NCBI GenBank assembly: GCA_040954595.2
Contig: CM082598.2
Span: 4,789,097-4,853,096, forward strand
Length of the DNA: 64,000 nt
Source of the DNA: Balanoglossus misakiensis
Lineage: Eukaryota; Animalia; Hemichordata
Direction of reading: 5' to 3'
The notes under the pieces are model-generated. The model made no database searches and had not been told where the DNA came from. It saw nothing but the letters and a program-made list of their open reading frames with translations. A program made the translations under genes and the position numbers. Within the stretch, counting starts at the first letter, position 1; every line of letters begins with the position of its first letter. This document shows positions 38,701 through 54,300 of this stretch, one piece after another.

Positions 38701-41700
38701 CGGAAAAAGATATTCTGGGATATTTTATCTTCACGTTTTTTTTGGCTATCATGTATTTCGCAAAAAAATTATTGCTCGCGAAAATAACCCGTTTTACAGT
38801 ACTTCGACATGCGAATTCTAAAACCGCAATGTCAACTGAAACCGTGCAAGGGAGCTTATCGGGATGACCTACATGTTGAAGCCATGCAAGACACGGTTTG
38901 CGAGATAAGGAGGCGGAAAAAAAAAGTTCTCCCGACTCCTGGGATCAGGAGGTTGTTAAATCCCACAGTAGCGCAAAACCCAGGACTTCAATCAGCAGAG
39001 CACGGGATCAGAGAAGTTCACAGATAAGACGTTTCCGATCATGCCCCGAGCAGACACCGTGTCTCACCATGTCAGAAGGTCTCCAAGAGTCAGGGGGTCT
39101 GTGCTCCAGGCAAAACACACCATAAGAACTAAAATCAAGAATGGGTAGTGGACACTAGTAATTACTGGTGAAATCTGTCCATACGAAGATTTATTTCAAG
39201 CATCATTCAATGTTTTCTCTGTTATCTTTCACCACAACCAAAACATGTTTCCAAATAAAAACAGAAACCAAGATTTATATCATTCTTTCAATATTTCACA
39301 TACTAACAAAACTTATTTTGAAATTAAAACAAAAATAACGAGTTATATTCTTTCAATATTTCATAATGTCACCAACTACCGGTACATTATGGGGGGGGGG
39401 GGGGGGGGGAGCAGTACCACATAAATATTTCACAATGTTCAATTCCACTTATAATCTAGAAATATCCAGAGTTTAGTTTATCAACACAACCAGTAAACAC
39501 TGAGAGTCAAAATTGTTTGAGTTGGCAAACAAGGTACTGGCTGAAACTTCAAATTACACATAATTTTGTTACAATCAATATACCAGGGTCTGGAATGTCA
39601 TCTCAGTATCTGAACAAACCCAGGCAAGCAACACCCATGGATGTCAGTCACACATGTACGTAATACAAAATGTTTGTATCGCAACATACGTCATGAAATG
39701 GCTGCGTACAGTCAAGCTATGACGATCAATGCACTTGGCCCCCTATGTTGCTGACAAGCACTTTGTGGGGCCAAGACATTGGACAGGGCAACATCAATGT
39801 GCCTTCTAAGCCCATATGACGCGCCACTGACTCAACAAACTCACTGGTGACTCAAGAAAATTATCCACACTACATGTAAAAGTATAGGGCTGACTCAGAG
39901 ACATTTTTAAAAATCCTCAAATTGAATCAAAGCTTTTAAGAATTATGTTTCTTAGAGGGCACACAGGGCAACATTCAACAGGGGACGTTTTCTCGAACTC
40001 CATCATCCTTCAGAAACTCCAGGAGTTCTTGTGATCAAAAACTATCCCTAGGTCTTCGAGTAAGTGTGCCGTATTTTTGCCTTTTTTCACAATGAATCAT
40101 ACAAATTTTATGACAGCATATGCAGAACAAATTAAATTTGCCAGAATGTAAGGCTTTCTTAGAGTGGTCAGGAATAAATTTAATTTTGCCAAAATAATAA
40201 ATTAAAAAAAAAAATTAATTAATAATTTTACCAGTTTAATCAAAGAAATTCCTCAGAGTGTGTTAGCCCAGATCTGACCAGGACGAAATCTCTCCTGGCA
40301 TCTCCATCTATACAGCCTTACATAACTTGAAGCGCTATATAAACAGTAGCTGTCATATGGAATGCAATTTATATCTAGGAATGGAACCGAGCGGGATGAC
40401 AGTGTGCCAAGTAGCCACTTAAAGGGACTAAGTCTCTCTCTCTCGCTGCCCTTTTTCTATTAACTATGTTTGATACAAGACACTGTTTATGTTATTCTGC
40501 ATGTGGATATATTGTGAACCAAAGTTCGACCACACACAACTTCCATCCTGCTTGTAGACACAAGAGTGAAAAAGTCGCCAAAATGAATAATCAGTCTCTA
40601 CCATTTATTCATTTTGGTCGAGTTTTTTACTCTCATATCATACAAGCGGGATGGAAGTTGTGTGTGGTTGAATGTTGATTCACTATATACATGTATATCT
40701 AAATGTAGAATAACATAAATTGTGTCTTGAATCAAACATAATAAATGGAAAAATGTCTGCAAGAGAGAGACTTTGTCCCTTTAATCGCGACAAATGCTCA
40801 CCGAGCGATAAAGCTTTCAACGCGAGCTTCACATCTTTTTATTTCCTCCCAGTAAACCCTTTGTCATTGCCATATATGTCGGTGCGAAAAACCAACAAAA
40901 ACCTGTTTTTGGTATTTTTAGAGGCCGCGTTCAGATCACATATGTTGCATACCGGATAGTTACGATCATTGGACGACTTGAAACATGCAAAGAATGAACA
41001 AGGTTCCCCTTGATCATAAAACACCACTGAACTCGTCGAAAAGTACGATGCCTTACTTATGAAATGACGCAGGCATTTTTTTAAATTATGAAACTATGTG
41101 AACAACAGTCGCGTATGATTTCTGTCTTGTGAAACAAATATTAATTTAAAGGTCACAGGCAGAATTTGTTTTGAGATTCTTGGTTTTGACATCAGTTTGA
41201 GATCTACTAGTCAATTTGTTTCGAGGACAAGTTCAACTTATTCGCAGGGATATTTTCAGCATACCAATTTCTGTTTCTTGCTCGACTCTGCAAAGAAATG
41301 CCAAGAATTCAAGTTTATCTACACAGCTTGTATGCACATCATACATTGTTATTTTTGATTAGTTCATTACTGTATGTGAAACCATTCAAATACTTGGCAA
41401 TTCTTTTTGTCTTACAGAGTAGAACAAGAAACTATAGTTGATACCCAAAACAAAAGCACAGAGAAAACGACCCAAAGTTTCTGGACCATTAACCCTTCCA
41501 CCCCCATTTCCCTCTATAGAGGTCCAACTTTACTGTAGAAAACAATGAATTTGGACCAAACCATGGTGGTAAAAGGGGGTTGAAGTATCGCTAACTGAAC
41601 TGAAAAAAGACAGCGACCACAGGATCTTACACAGACGGGGAATGCAAACGCCAAATAACAGGCATTTTTTACAGCATGCTACCAATCTCACAACAACTTG

Positions 41701-44700
41701 GATACACGGTTTTCACCGATATCCCCCCTTCAGTGTTAGCCCTGCCAGTAATGCCCAGGTTGCTCGATTTCATCGGACGGACGGCCGAGCGCCATGACGA
41801 CAACGCAGACAACATGTGTGGTCCCAAGGGGATATCACGAGACCACGGCAGACACCGTTTGAAATTCCAGTCCCGGTGCATCCTTATGAGGCACAGAAAC
41901 TACTGTAAAACACTTTATTTTCGCAAGCAATTAATTTTCCCCAAATACGCGAGAGGGTGAAAATAAAAAATCGCGTAATTTTTTTTAAGATAACGATGCA
42001 GTGAACGAAATAAGAGAACGCGAAAATTAATACTCGCGAAACAGTGGCCTCTCGAGATATCGCGAAAAATTTAACTCGCGAAAATAAAGTGTTTTACAGT
42101 AACCACCTCAACCTTGCACTGAATCTCAAAAATTCCAAACAGCGGTTCGATTCACCTAGAGCAGATCACGGGGCTTAAAACGACGATCTTCGATGTAAGA
42201 TTCTCGACATTCAACCATGGAAACTCGGATTAAGGTGGCTTTAACCGAAATTCTGCGCAAGGTGACCAAGATGTCTACACATGCAAATTGATCCCCGATG
42301 TACAGCTACTGGCTTGCAATGCCATGAGACTTATCAGGCTTAAATATATCCTGGATGATACAGATATCTGAGATATTTACTGCAAATCAATCCTAAACAC
42401 ACATCATACAGAGAGCCCAGATCAAGCATTTGTGTCCAGTAAGCTAATACCAGGTTAACAACAATTTGGACCAGTGTTAGCTCACTGCTACTATTATGTG
42501 TGCGATGTCATACAGTGAAACCTGTCTATTAAGGACACCTCTGGGACTTTAAAATCTGTCCATAGTAGTGAGGTGTCTTTATGTGGGTTGCATATATGGG
42601 ATACTAGACCAATCGCTCAAATACCGCACTTCCGGTATGCAGAAAACACAGTGTGTTCACCAGACTGGCAATGCGAGTATTTACTTAGACTTGGACATGT
42701 CAGCCATCACCATACACGCAATGACGACAAACTGAATACCAAGCATTTCAACATACTTGAAGAGTTGCAGGACCAACTTTCGGATACACAGATCAAGTTT
42801 TCTACGCGAACTATTCAATTACAGGTGCAATCCCTTAGAACATGATATCACCAGGTAATACACAAACAGACATTTCTGAAGGTCACACCAAGGTCAAAAA
42901 GGTACACTAAATACAGTCGAACCTGTCTATAGTGGCCAGTCAAGGGACTTTCCTAAACTGGCCTTTATAGACAGGTGGCCTTTGTAGACAGGTCAATTCT
43001 TGCACATGTAAATTGCACAGGCACTATATAGAGGTGACCACTATATAGGGGTGGCCACTAACAGAGGTTTGACTGTATTATGTATATCAACTTAGACGTC
43101 TTGGTTTTGACACTATACGGCATAAAGGAAATGAGTACTTGAAACTTTGGTGGGAAACTTTTCTGGAGGGGGTTCAACAGCTTCAAAACATCCTTTGATA
43201 ATTATAACATATCTCTGCATTTCCTTTACTGGAAGTAATTTGTGGTTAGTCAGCATCCTTTCGTAAAATGTCCATTTAACGCCAAGAATGAAACATTAAA
43301 TTTAACAGTCCAGAAAAGTTTGTGCGTGGTATTATCAGTGTTTATGTCACGACGCAAGCCATGGGAAATACGGGAAAGATACATAAAGACATTTATCTTC
43401 CAGATCAAAATAAACTGTATCAAGTACCGAGAAATTACAGATTCAGTGTTTCAATCAGGATTGTATCAGCAGGGGGGATATGTCCCCCTTTGCTAGAATA
43501 TTTGAGGGGGTTTCCACTCTGGCAAGGGGGGGACTGTGATATCTTTAACAGTATGTGAGTGAAATCATTTTAAGGGGCACTGGTCCCCCCTTGACAAACT
43601 GCTAGGGGGTGCCATGATGTCAATAGGGGGTGACTCCCCCCATCAACACCCCACCCTCTAGATGAAACACTGCAGATTATGTCGACGTTTCATTGTGACA
43701 CAGAAAAGACGGTCTCGTCATGTTATTGACTCCTCAGAGAAGCTTATCAGAGTAGTTCAGTTGGTTCTTTGACCTCTGACCTGCAGTGACCTGTGACCCA
43801 TAGCAATATCATTACAGAAAAAACACAGCTATGGAACAGTCCGTATACCTGTGCATACCCCACCCTCATACATACCCTCCCCCCCCCCCCACACAGCTAT
43901 GGAACGGTCCGTATACCTGTGCATGACTAACGGTGCGCATAGCAAACATACCAGACCTGTGATAAACCCCGCAAGAACAATACCTAACCCACCAACAATG
44001 GTATTTCCCTCCAAAAGACCGATCCAACAGTTAGCTAAACACCTTGGGGATATTGACAACCCTGTACAGCCATAGCATAAGCAATCCCAGAAGAACAACA
44101 CTACTAGTACTAAAGCACATCTACAAGAACTGATTTTAATATTCAAGTAAAATCACGAAAGTCATGCAAAAACTTGCAATAGTGGACTTTTAATACAACT
44201 GCATTCATGCATTTTTTCATCAAACAAACTTAATATTTAAATCTACAAAAGCTTCGAGTCCATTTGAGGATTTCCAGAAAATAATGAGTCAGCCCTATAC
44301 CTTTGCATGCAATGCAGATCATTTTCTTGAGTCATCAGTGAGTTTGTTGAGTCACTGGCGCATCATATGGGCTTAGAGGGCACATTGATTAAAGGGACAA
44401 AGTCTCTCTCTCGCTGCCCTTTTTCCATTAATTATGTTTGATACAAGACACGATTTATGTTAATGTACATGTGGATATATAGTGAATCAATGTTCAACCA
44501 CACACAACTTCCATCCCGCTATATATCCACATATACAATAACATAAACAGTGTCATAATTAACAAAAAAAGGGCAGCGAGAGAGAGACTTTGTCCCTTTA
44601 AGATGCCTGTCTGCTATTTAGACCGCAATTCCAGAGTGCTGGGTTTACATTCTTTCAAAACTAAAATCAGGCGCTTTTGTATAGCGAATTCTCTGTGAAT

Positions 44701-47700
44701 TGTCCACACACAGCATAACACTGGGTTCACTGTACCCCTGTTTGAACGCCAAATCCCGACATCCAAATTTAGGCTATTGTACTCTGCCGGCCTGAACAAA
44801 CAAACGACCTTGACGTATTTGTGTAGTCTGCATATAATCTGTGTTTCGCATTCACGGACCTACATACTGTATTGTTTGCCCGGGTTCCAATTCAACCTGG
44901 ATTCTCTTTTGTCCGAAGCCGTAATGCCCTTCTATGCACACAGCTCTGCACAATTGGCATTTTCAGTTTACTTACAAGGGGATTTAAAACCCTATTCACC
45001 ACCATGGTTGGGTCCAAATCCAGTGTTTTCTATGATACAGTTGGACCTTTACAATCTGAAACGGGGTGAAAGTGATTTAAAACCCCTTTTCACCACCATG
45101 GTTAGGTCCAAATCCAGTGTTTTCTATGATACAGTTGGACCTATACAATCTGAAATGGGGTGAAAGTGTAGACCACAGATAATGTTGGATTATTTTTACA
45201 TAGGTATAATCAAATAAAAGTTCTAGCTTTTTTCACCAAAACATGTTGAAATACATATTTAACCTGCATGTACAGAAAGTGATAAATTATTCCTGATGGT
45301 TTGATTTGAGTCCAATACCACAAACAAGTGCAAGGTGGCACCTATACAATAATACAGTGTAGACAACCACACAACCAGTATCTACTAGAACTACTTGTCA
45401 GTCAAAAGAGGATTAAGAGAAATGTGATCACATGTTATCAAATTTGGCAGCCAGATTTATAAATACAAGTAGACAACCAAAACCCAGCACTGACAACATA
45501 TCCTGTGTTTGGTGAAAGATTCTCTGCATGGTTTAGAGATGATCTCCGCACACTGTGGCCAAAGTCCTAGGCCGTCTGTTTGGCAACTGGAGATCGCAGA
45601 TACTGTAAAACACTTTATTTTCGCGAGTTGAAATGTTCGCGATATCGAGAGAGGCCACTGTATTAATTTTCGCGTTCTCTTATTTTATTCACTGCATCGT
45701 TATCTTCAAAAAATATCTACGCGACTTTTTATTTTCACGTTATTTTGGCTCTCGCGTATTTCGCGAAAATTTATTGCTTGCGAAAATAAAGTGTTTTACA
45801 GTATATCTCTTCTGGTCTCCAGCCAAGCTGTGTGGACTGGACCATTGATCTCATCACAGATCTGTTTGTCTGAGTATCTCAAACAGATCCAGTGGAACCA
45901 TGTTGATTAACCCTTTCACCACCTTTTTGAAACATTGGACCAACATTTAAGTACGTCACAATGGCAAATGCTGATCTGTACTCAGCATACACAAGCACAC
46001 ACACCTGAATGTTGACTACTGCAATATTTATCTCCAGTGAATCGTTTTGTTTTAAAATTTAGCAAACGCTGATAAGGGAGGTTTAAAACATGAAAGCCGA
46101 AATGACACACGTTTGAACAGCAAGTAATAGCTATGGCTGTTATATATTAGGCTGCCATGTCTCCATTGTCGAACATGTCCACAGTTCGCACCAGCCTTTC
46201 ATGATTCCCAGACATGTTCCAGTCTCGCTACGATTTCAGCCGATCAAACAATGCATTCTTTGTGATTCACTTGCGCGTCAAAATTTACGTTTGTTTTGTG
46301 TTTTGTGCTGTTCGGCCAAAAATTGAAATAAGTCAACATATGGTTGGATCCTAGAGCAACATATTGTTTTGGTGAGCCTGTCTGGACTGACGTAATAAGA
46401 CTGGAAGGATGAATGTACAAAGTTTGAATAAAAAACGGAGAGAGGACTACATATGTAATCCTGTCACACGCCTTAACTTTTTCATAAATACAAAAGTCTA
46501 ATTTTACTGATGAAAGCATTTTGAGTGGAGCATGACTAACATGGACATTGGTAAAAGGTGAAATAAAATTATCAACTGGTGTAATATTTGAGAGAAAATA
46601 TAGTTAGTGACACTCCAAAGAAAAAAGAGTAACTTTGATAATTGTATTTAGTTACATCAAACTCTAACATACGAACTTTACCATTCTGGAACCCCAAATA
46701 GGTACGTCTTTTAATATTCGCGAGAGGTCAAAGTTCACGTGCGACTTCCCAAAACAGAAGCTGATGACGACAGCAAAACGTCCAACGCGTCGTTTCTCTG
46801 TGCTATTCGCGCCGTTGCGAGAACGACAACGTCCACTGGCTTCGGGCAACCGACAAAGAATGCTTGGTATTCAGTAAAACTGCGTTCTCACATTACATAT
46901 TTTATACACAGCCCGACTTGTTGAAATGGTATTTATAAAATTTTGCACACATTGTTGAAATTTCGACGACAGCTTTCTCAAATATCCTATTCTTTTCTAA
47001 GAAGATGTTTTTTGTATGTATTTGAGCCAAAAAATGCATCAAAGGTGAAATAGGACAGAAAAAACACTGGCCAAGACCCAACAACTGCATATATACACAG
47101 CATCATGACCTATCACATTAACCCAGCGAGATGTACTATTCCATTTCATAGACCCAGAATCAACCAGAGATGGATTACCAATCTCTGTAATACAAGTACA
47201 GCAGATCATCCACTGGTCAACAGCGCTTCCTAGGGTTGGCTGCTCGGAAAATCAATTGGCAGATCTCCAGAATACTTGGGTTTTTATCACCCTGGCCTCA
47301 TCACTGTACAGCCAGCTGAAGAGATGCATTTCATAGTGTGGAAATAAAGATTTCTCTCTTCAGAAGACTGCTTTGTCTAGACTATATCTGGGACTGGTTC
47401 AATCTAAGCCGGTTCAGTTTAGCTCTACCAACAGAAACCCTAGATCACGGTACATTGAAACCTGTAAACATGCAGACCTCTCTAATCAGGACACCTCTAT
47501 ATTATGGACGTTTTTTCTGTTCCTAGAGGTGTCTTTAGTAGACAGATTTCACTGTATCATAGTATCAGGTAAGAAATGGACTGGGAAAATTGGATTTCAT
47601 ACATGTACAATATACAACACTTAGTCAATTTCATAAATGCACATACTTGAGCAGACTGACAGCATGAAAATGTTGAAATAATTACACTCACACCTGTCGT

Positions 47701-48326
47701 TCATTTTTCAGTACGGACGGCTCTGCTTGTCAACAAGAAATTGTGCGTGCCATCTGATTCAGCAAATATTGCGCATACATGTAGTTGCTTGCATACCGGT
47801 ATATCGGTACATTCCAGGAAGGCGTGTTTGGTATATTTATGCAATCGCCAGTCATCAGTATGCTCTGTGGTTAGTATTTTTTTTAACCCTTTCACCACCA
47901 TTGTTCAGTCCAAGCCCATTGCTCTCTATGGTAAGGATGGACCTCTAAAGAGGGAACTGGGGGTGAAAGGGTTAAATGTGCATGATGGCCAGCTAACAGT
48001 TCCCTAGTTTAACCCTTCCATCACCATGGTTCAGTCCAAATCCATTGTTCTCTATGGTAAGGTTGGGACCTCTAAAGAGGGGACCGGGGGTGAAAGGGTT
48101 AAAAAGCTCAGAGGCAGTTTGATAAGTTTTAAGAAAATTCTTTGCATCAGCCCGATGACTTTACATATACAATGTAATCTGGATATCTTTCTTGAACCAA
48201 CAGTGATGTCGGTTGAGCCAGCTGCGCACAAATTACACTGGATACAGAACAGATCATTTCTTTATTTTCCAGATGGCCCACACCAAGTGTGACATACGTA
48301 CACGTACATACAGACAGACAAACACG

Positions 48327-48365
<39 letters not shown>

Positions 48366-51300
48366 CAGATTTCCCCATAAAACTGAACAACCACACACAC
48401 CTGGGAATATCACAGTACAAGCATTTCTTTCTGCGACAAGTGCATTTTTACGATGACAGCTGCCTAGCCCCCACCTACCCTGGAATCAAGGTTAACTACC
48501 TCAAAGTTCACGGTCACCGTATGCTTCTCCGCAAAAATCTTACCAGGAACCGACAGAGTTTATAATCGGGAGAAATTCCGAGTAACTTTGACTGCCTGGT
48601 GGCATGGTGTTGGTATTTAGGCTAAACTTTACGACAGATGCCTGGGCCGTACCCTACTTGGTGCTTGACTCTGAGAATTGCAAAGTTTTCATATATTGCA
48701 GGGGGCACAGGGCGAGCGACTGTTAAAGGTATACAGTCGCCTCAAATTTACATACACCCATATATGGCTGAAATGGAGTATTTGAGCGTTCTAAAGAACA
48801 TATGGTGGCACTCTTTTTTTCGTGTGTGCCACCCACTGAAAATCCGTGATTGGCTAGATCTCATTTTGCCATGGTAACTATAGCTAATTTTCCATAGGTG
48901 ACCATATACCTTTAAACCGTGCCTCTATGATTGACGCTATGTAGATTTCCCAGGGCACAGGAAAGGGGTCACCTCACATTGCTGCAGAAGTTGGCGAAAT
49001 TGTGTACCTTGCAGTTTGGGGTCGATGAAAATGAAGTCATCAAATTAAGCATGAGATTGAAGCTCACTAATTATCCAATTAACCTCAAACTCGGCCCCCT
49101 GCATGAATGAATTTCGCATAATGAACTTCTGCACCTATCTGAGAGAGGACAAGATGTTATTTCAAAGTACAAGCACCGTCAAGGTATACAAATCACCTCT
49201 AATTTACATATGCCAATATATGGTCAAAAGGGAATGATGATGCTCTCTATTCGTGTGGCCATCCTGAGAAAATCAGTGAATGGCTAGATTTCACAATCTT
49301 TTATGGTAACTAAATTTTGCATACATGTAGGTGATTCTGTACCTTCAATAACAGTGCGTGTACCTCAACAATATTCTCCCCAGAATAATTAAAGAGAATC
49401 CTGCAATTTGGGGAAAACAATAGAAACTAATTACCATAACAATCAAATGTATTGTTATGCAAATTAGTTGAGATCAGAAACACCATCACTTACTGGACTA
49501 TCTCTCCGAATCCACACGACGCTGCAGCATGTAGCGCTGTCCATCCTTCATTGTCCTGCATTTCTATATCTGTGCCGTTTTCTACTAAAAATTCTACCAT
49601 GTCCAAGTTTTCGTCTATAACTGCCTGTGAGGATAGAAGAAATAAAAACAAAAATACAATCAGATATGTACATTCAGCCAGTCATGTGATGCTGGTCATC
49701 AGAAAGCTTAATTAAAGCGCCTAGCTCGTCTCACACGCATGTTCCAACTGTAGCCGCTGGTTACAGACGTTTAGGGAACAGTCAATCCCATAAGGCAGTG
49801 CTCTGTCCTAACAACAGACAAGATGGCGGCGACCATAATCTGTGTCGGAGATCGGGAAAAGACACCAGCTTGGGTTGAAAAGAAGGGACAAAACCAGAAT
49901 CTATTTATACGGTGCGCATGAAATATGGAAGGAAGCGAAGGCAGTCCACTATTTGAATGCATCGAATGGAAAATTTGTTAGGACGATCTATTGCCTTTAA
50001 TTAGCATATCTTGGTCACCTACAAGAAAGACCAAGTATTCTATTTTTGATTCACGAACACTGAGGTAGCAATGGGTTGGCTTAGTGTTAGCTGATTGTCA
50101 CTAGTGGTTGTGTGACCTGTTTATTGTAGATGTAGATGCAGCAAAAACACAGTGGACCGTAGCAGTATATAACCCTACATGCAATCTGAAGAAACAGGCT
50201 ACTGACTAGACTAGTCCATCGCGATGTCAGATAGCAGGAGGTCAAAGGTCGGAGCTTGCGGGGTATCTCGTTTCCAGTTTGGTGAGTCATCGCAAAATAT
50301 GCGAGGGCCAGTTGCCCAGTGTAAGTGCAGTGCCCGGCAGAGTGTCTTTCACGCCCGTGGAAAATAACACACCACGCGGTCGGAGAATCGCAAGTGTTTA
50401 TCAAATTTGCATACAGGCGTCATGTCACATTTCAAACTGCACTGGTACAATCAATGCAGAGGCATCTTCAGATTGCATTATAATTTAACTGTAGAATGTA
50501 ATTCAAGATGAAACTTCATCCTTAAACCCCTGTTTTGCTTTGCAGAGGTCCAACGTTACCCCAGAAAACAATTGTATTTGGCCAAAACCATGGTGGCTAA
50601 AGCATGACAACTCATACTGGATCATCACTTAACATATCTAAATTTACAATCTTTTATGTTTATTAAATTGGTCAGCAATATGTGAATTACTAATTTACCT
50701 GTGAAGAAATTTATTTTTCTGTACTTGCAAAGTTTTCGAAACTGCTTTAGTAATATGAAAAGAAAGGTGACATGGGAATTATGAACATGACATGGTTTAC
50801 GAGTGCTAAAGGTTAAATCTCTGTAGTCAAAAGTGCAAGGAGCTCTCTGACCGCCATTGTTTTGATACGACACGCACTTAGGTTAGGTCAAGCATCGTTT
50901 CCAAGGTAACACGGTGCTACTGGATTACGCTTTGATATTCTCCATCTGTAGCAATTGGACGATTACTTCCAATATAGCGCCATTCTCGTTTGTCGGGCAA
51001 CCTTGTCTGCTTATCGAGGCTCTGCAAACACTTGAAATTCAAACTCTGAACAGCGCATCGATTCAGATGACCTCTGACCAGCTTGGTGACATTGTGAGAC
51101 TAAACTTTGACCACACAACGTTGTCGATAGTAAGTACAGTACAATGCCTTAACTACATGGCAAAAGATCCCCTGTGTTTATAGGGTATTGGATAATTACA
51201 CTGTAAGAGTAGACACAGCCCATGAGAAACTGAACTACCATACAAGTACATGTACTTGTATATGAACTCACAGTCAAACCTCCTCCCCCAAACAAAAGTA

Positions 51301-54300
51301 TCGAAATGTGAAAATGAGAGTACGTTTTGAACAGATAGTCCCCCCCCCCAAAAAAAGAACATTTGTCCTAACCGAAACTAATAGTATAAAGGTTATTTTC
51401 ATTCTAACAACATCTGCTCAGCTCTGCACAGTTTAGTTTGAAAATTATAAAATATGTTGCACCAATGTTAGCGTGCATGTAGTACTAGAACCAAAACATA
51501 TTTCATTTAATTAATTTCCAAAGCCCCTAAAACCTGTTACACATCACCCCCCCCCCCCATCTCCCCATATCCCCATTAGTGAGTTAACACAGCTGCCAGG
51601 CAAGGCAGAAAAAATAGTTTACAGCGAAAGAACAGTCGCACCATGCCTGGAATGTGAGACCATTGTCTATAGGTCATCCGCATTCAAGTGCCTTTCACTG
51701 AAGCGTTGAACTGGAAAACCACTATCCGTATGGTTCATGTTCATCTACAAAAAGTGCAATTACAGTTTACACTAGTACAAATATCAATCTGACATTTGAT
51801 GCACAGCGAAAGTGCCAGTTCACCATGAACGACATTCTGAAATTTGATGCAACATTTCCTACATTCCTGTTCAAATGTTCATGAATTTCTAACATCTTAG
51901 AGATGATGTTTATACTTTCGAATAAATCAAGAACTACTTTAAACTCATAGTTTTCAATTTTGTATTTAAAGATCATTCTACATAATGTATAGATTTCAGC
52001 CGTCCCTGCATTCTAAACAGATTGCAGATTTCACAAAAGTAAACATTAACTGCTTTAAGATCTTGCAAAATTTTTTCCCCACAAATGAACAATTTATCAA
52101 CATTTCTGCTGTATTCAATCATCTGTTTCTATTTATAGCCCGATTCCGAACCACCGGCAAGATGGCCTCCCGTGACCTTCGACCTTCGCCACTTCTAAAC
52201 TTTCCAAATCAGCATGACCTCTTTTAAAACCTCATTTTTTTCTCTCTCTCTCCCTTCCAACCGGGGCCAAGACGTTGACGTCAACTGTTTGGCCCTTGGT
52301 AGCGGATCCTACAAACACCCCGGCGATAAATTCGTTGTCACCGGGAAAAGCCATAAATTTCGGGATCAAGTTTCAGCATCCGTTTGCAGGGTGATTCATT
52401 TGTTGAGGATTTTAAAAATGGCTGCCGGTTTATTAAGAAGGTCCCATGCACAACCACTGTACTGACAAATACCAGTGTTCAACAAAAAAGTCTACCCAAC
52501 AAAGGAACCTGAAATTGTGTTATCAGTACTGTACCTGAGAGACAATTTTATGTTCAAAATGTAAACAGAGACCTATAAGAATTTCAACAATTGTGATATA
52601 TTTACATGTATGATGTGGATAAATTTTTTCAAGCAGAAATTTGTGCTAACTGCAACCTGCTGCTTCAGAGGTTGTTAGTGGCACAGCACAGATCGGAACA
52701 AAAGTCAGCTCTAAGCTAACCCCAGACCAGTCCGGGTTAGCAAGTATAGCACCTCCTGGTCTCATTTCATACGCATACAAATGTGTATTTTATTCAGTGT
52801 ATCAACCATGGTGTCTTGTTAAGCTCCCTAAAGCAGGATTGAAATCCTTGTACATAGTATTTATCTACGCAGTCCATGTATGTATAATCAGCATTGTTAC
52901 TGTTAGAAGTTGTCTCAAACCCGGGCTGAAATGCATTTGTCAACAATAACAATGTATACATGACTTGATGACGAGCTAAAAATTGGACATTTAGAGGATA
53001 AATGTAGAGATTTGGATGTTACAAATATTGGACCTTCATATATGTTAAGCGGACAACTTTACAACGCACTTTTTAGTGTCCAAACCATATCAATTATTGT
53101 AAACAAAAGAAACCCAGAGGCTTCCATGGAAGAACCCATGGCCTAGTGGTCAGGGTACCGGACTTGGAGGGTTAAGGTTTCAGAGGGTTGTGGGTTCAAA
53201 TCCCACACACGGACATTTTTATGCCCAATTTTTTTTTTCAATTTTGTCCTCTTTTTTTTATTCATTTTACATATAGTGTACATTTATCTGCAAAGAATCC
53301 CTTATAACTGAGTACGGTTATGAAATTTGACAATGTCTCTTGTATTACTGAAATGGCAGTTTACTGTTTACAATTAATTGGTCATTTTTTTTTTGCTAAG
53401 GGATGGAGATATAGGGACATCATTGGGAATAGCAAAATATCATAGGAGAGTTGCAACCCTGGTTTTCTCACATAATTTTGCTGCATTTCAAATTTAATTC
53501 AACAATATTCTCAAGATGACGAATGCCTGATGACAGCAAGCTCAAAACGTTCAGTTGACCCACATCTAGAACGTTATCAAGATCATCAAAACAATTTATG
53601 ACTTATCAGTATAATTTTGACAGTTAATCAAGAAGAAGAAATGACTATCATCGCAAAAAAATGAACACCGTGGGATTGACACTTGCGGGCATGTGCTACT
53701 TTGGCGCAAGACCCGACAATATTTTAAGTCACTCGGTAAAAATGTGGCACAAGATGGCGCCCGGCGATATTCAATATTTACAGTATGCCTAAGAAATTCC
53801 ATTGCCCACTCAAAAAAAATGATGTTCTCCTACAATAACACTGATCACCGAAGAAGTATTTTTTGTCAACCACAGGAAGAACAAATGCCTCGCGCAGCAA
53901 CAGAAACAAGACACGCTCGAGCCTTGCAGTGTTTACAATCAAAACCGCAAAACGGCGAGAAATATACACACGAAAGTGACGCCCCCTCCCCCCCCTCCTC
54001 GTAATCGCTCGGTGCGATGACCAGACAAGACATCCACTAAACAGAAGCTGCGATCGCAATGAATGCAACAGTTGAGAGCTATGCCATCTGGACGCATGTG
54101 AGGCTCAGTTCAGGGGGAAACCACTTCTCACGGGGGGCACTGCTGTGTACATATAATCACACAAACTAGCCATGTCTGTTCTGCTTCAGGGAGGAGGGTG
54201 GCTATCAGGGGGACAGAAGTCTGAGGGTTGAAAATTAGCACAGAACACAGAAATGTGACTATTTATACATTTATGTAGTTATAGTACCCACCCTAAGTGA

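Noticed and set aside
53132-53220. Functional tRNA gene
   Set aside because: Acceptor and anticodon stems do not pair; kept only as tRNA-derived.
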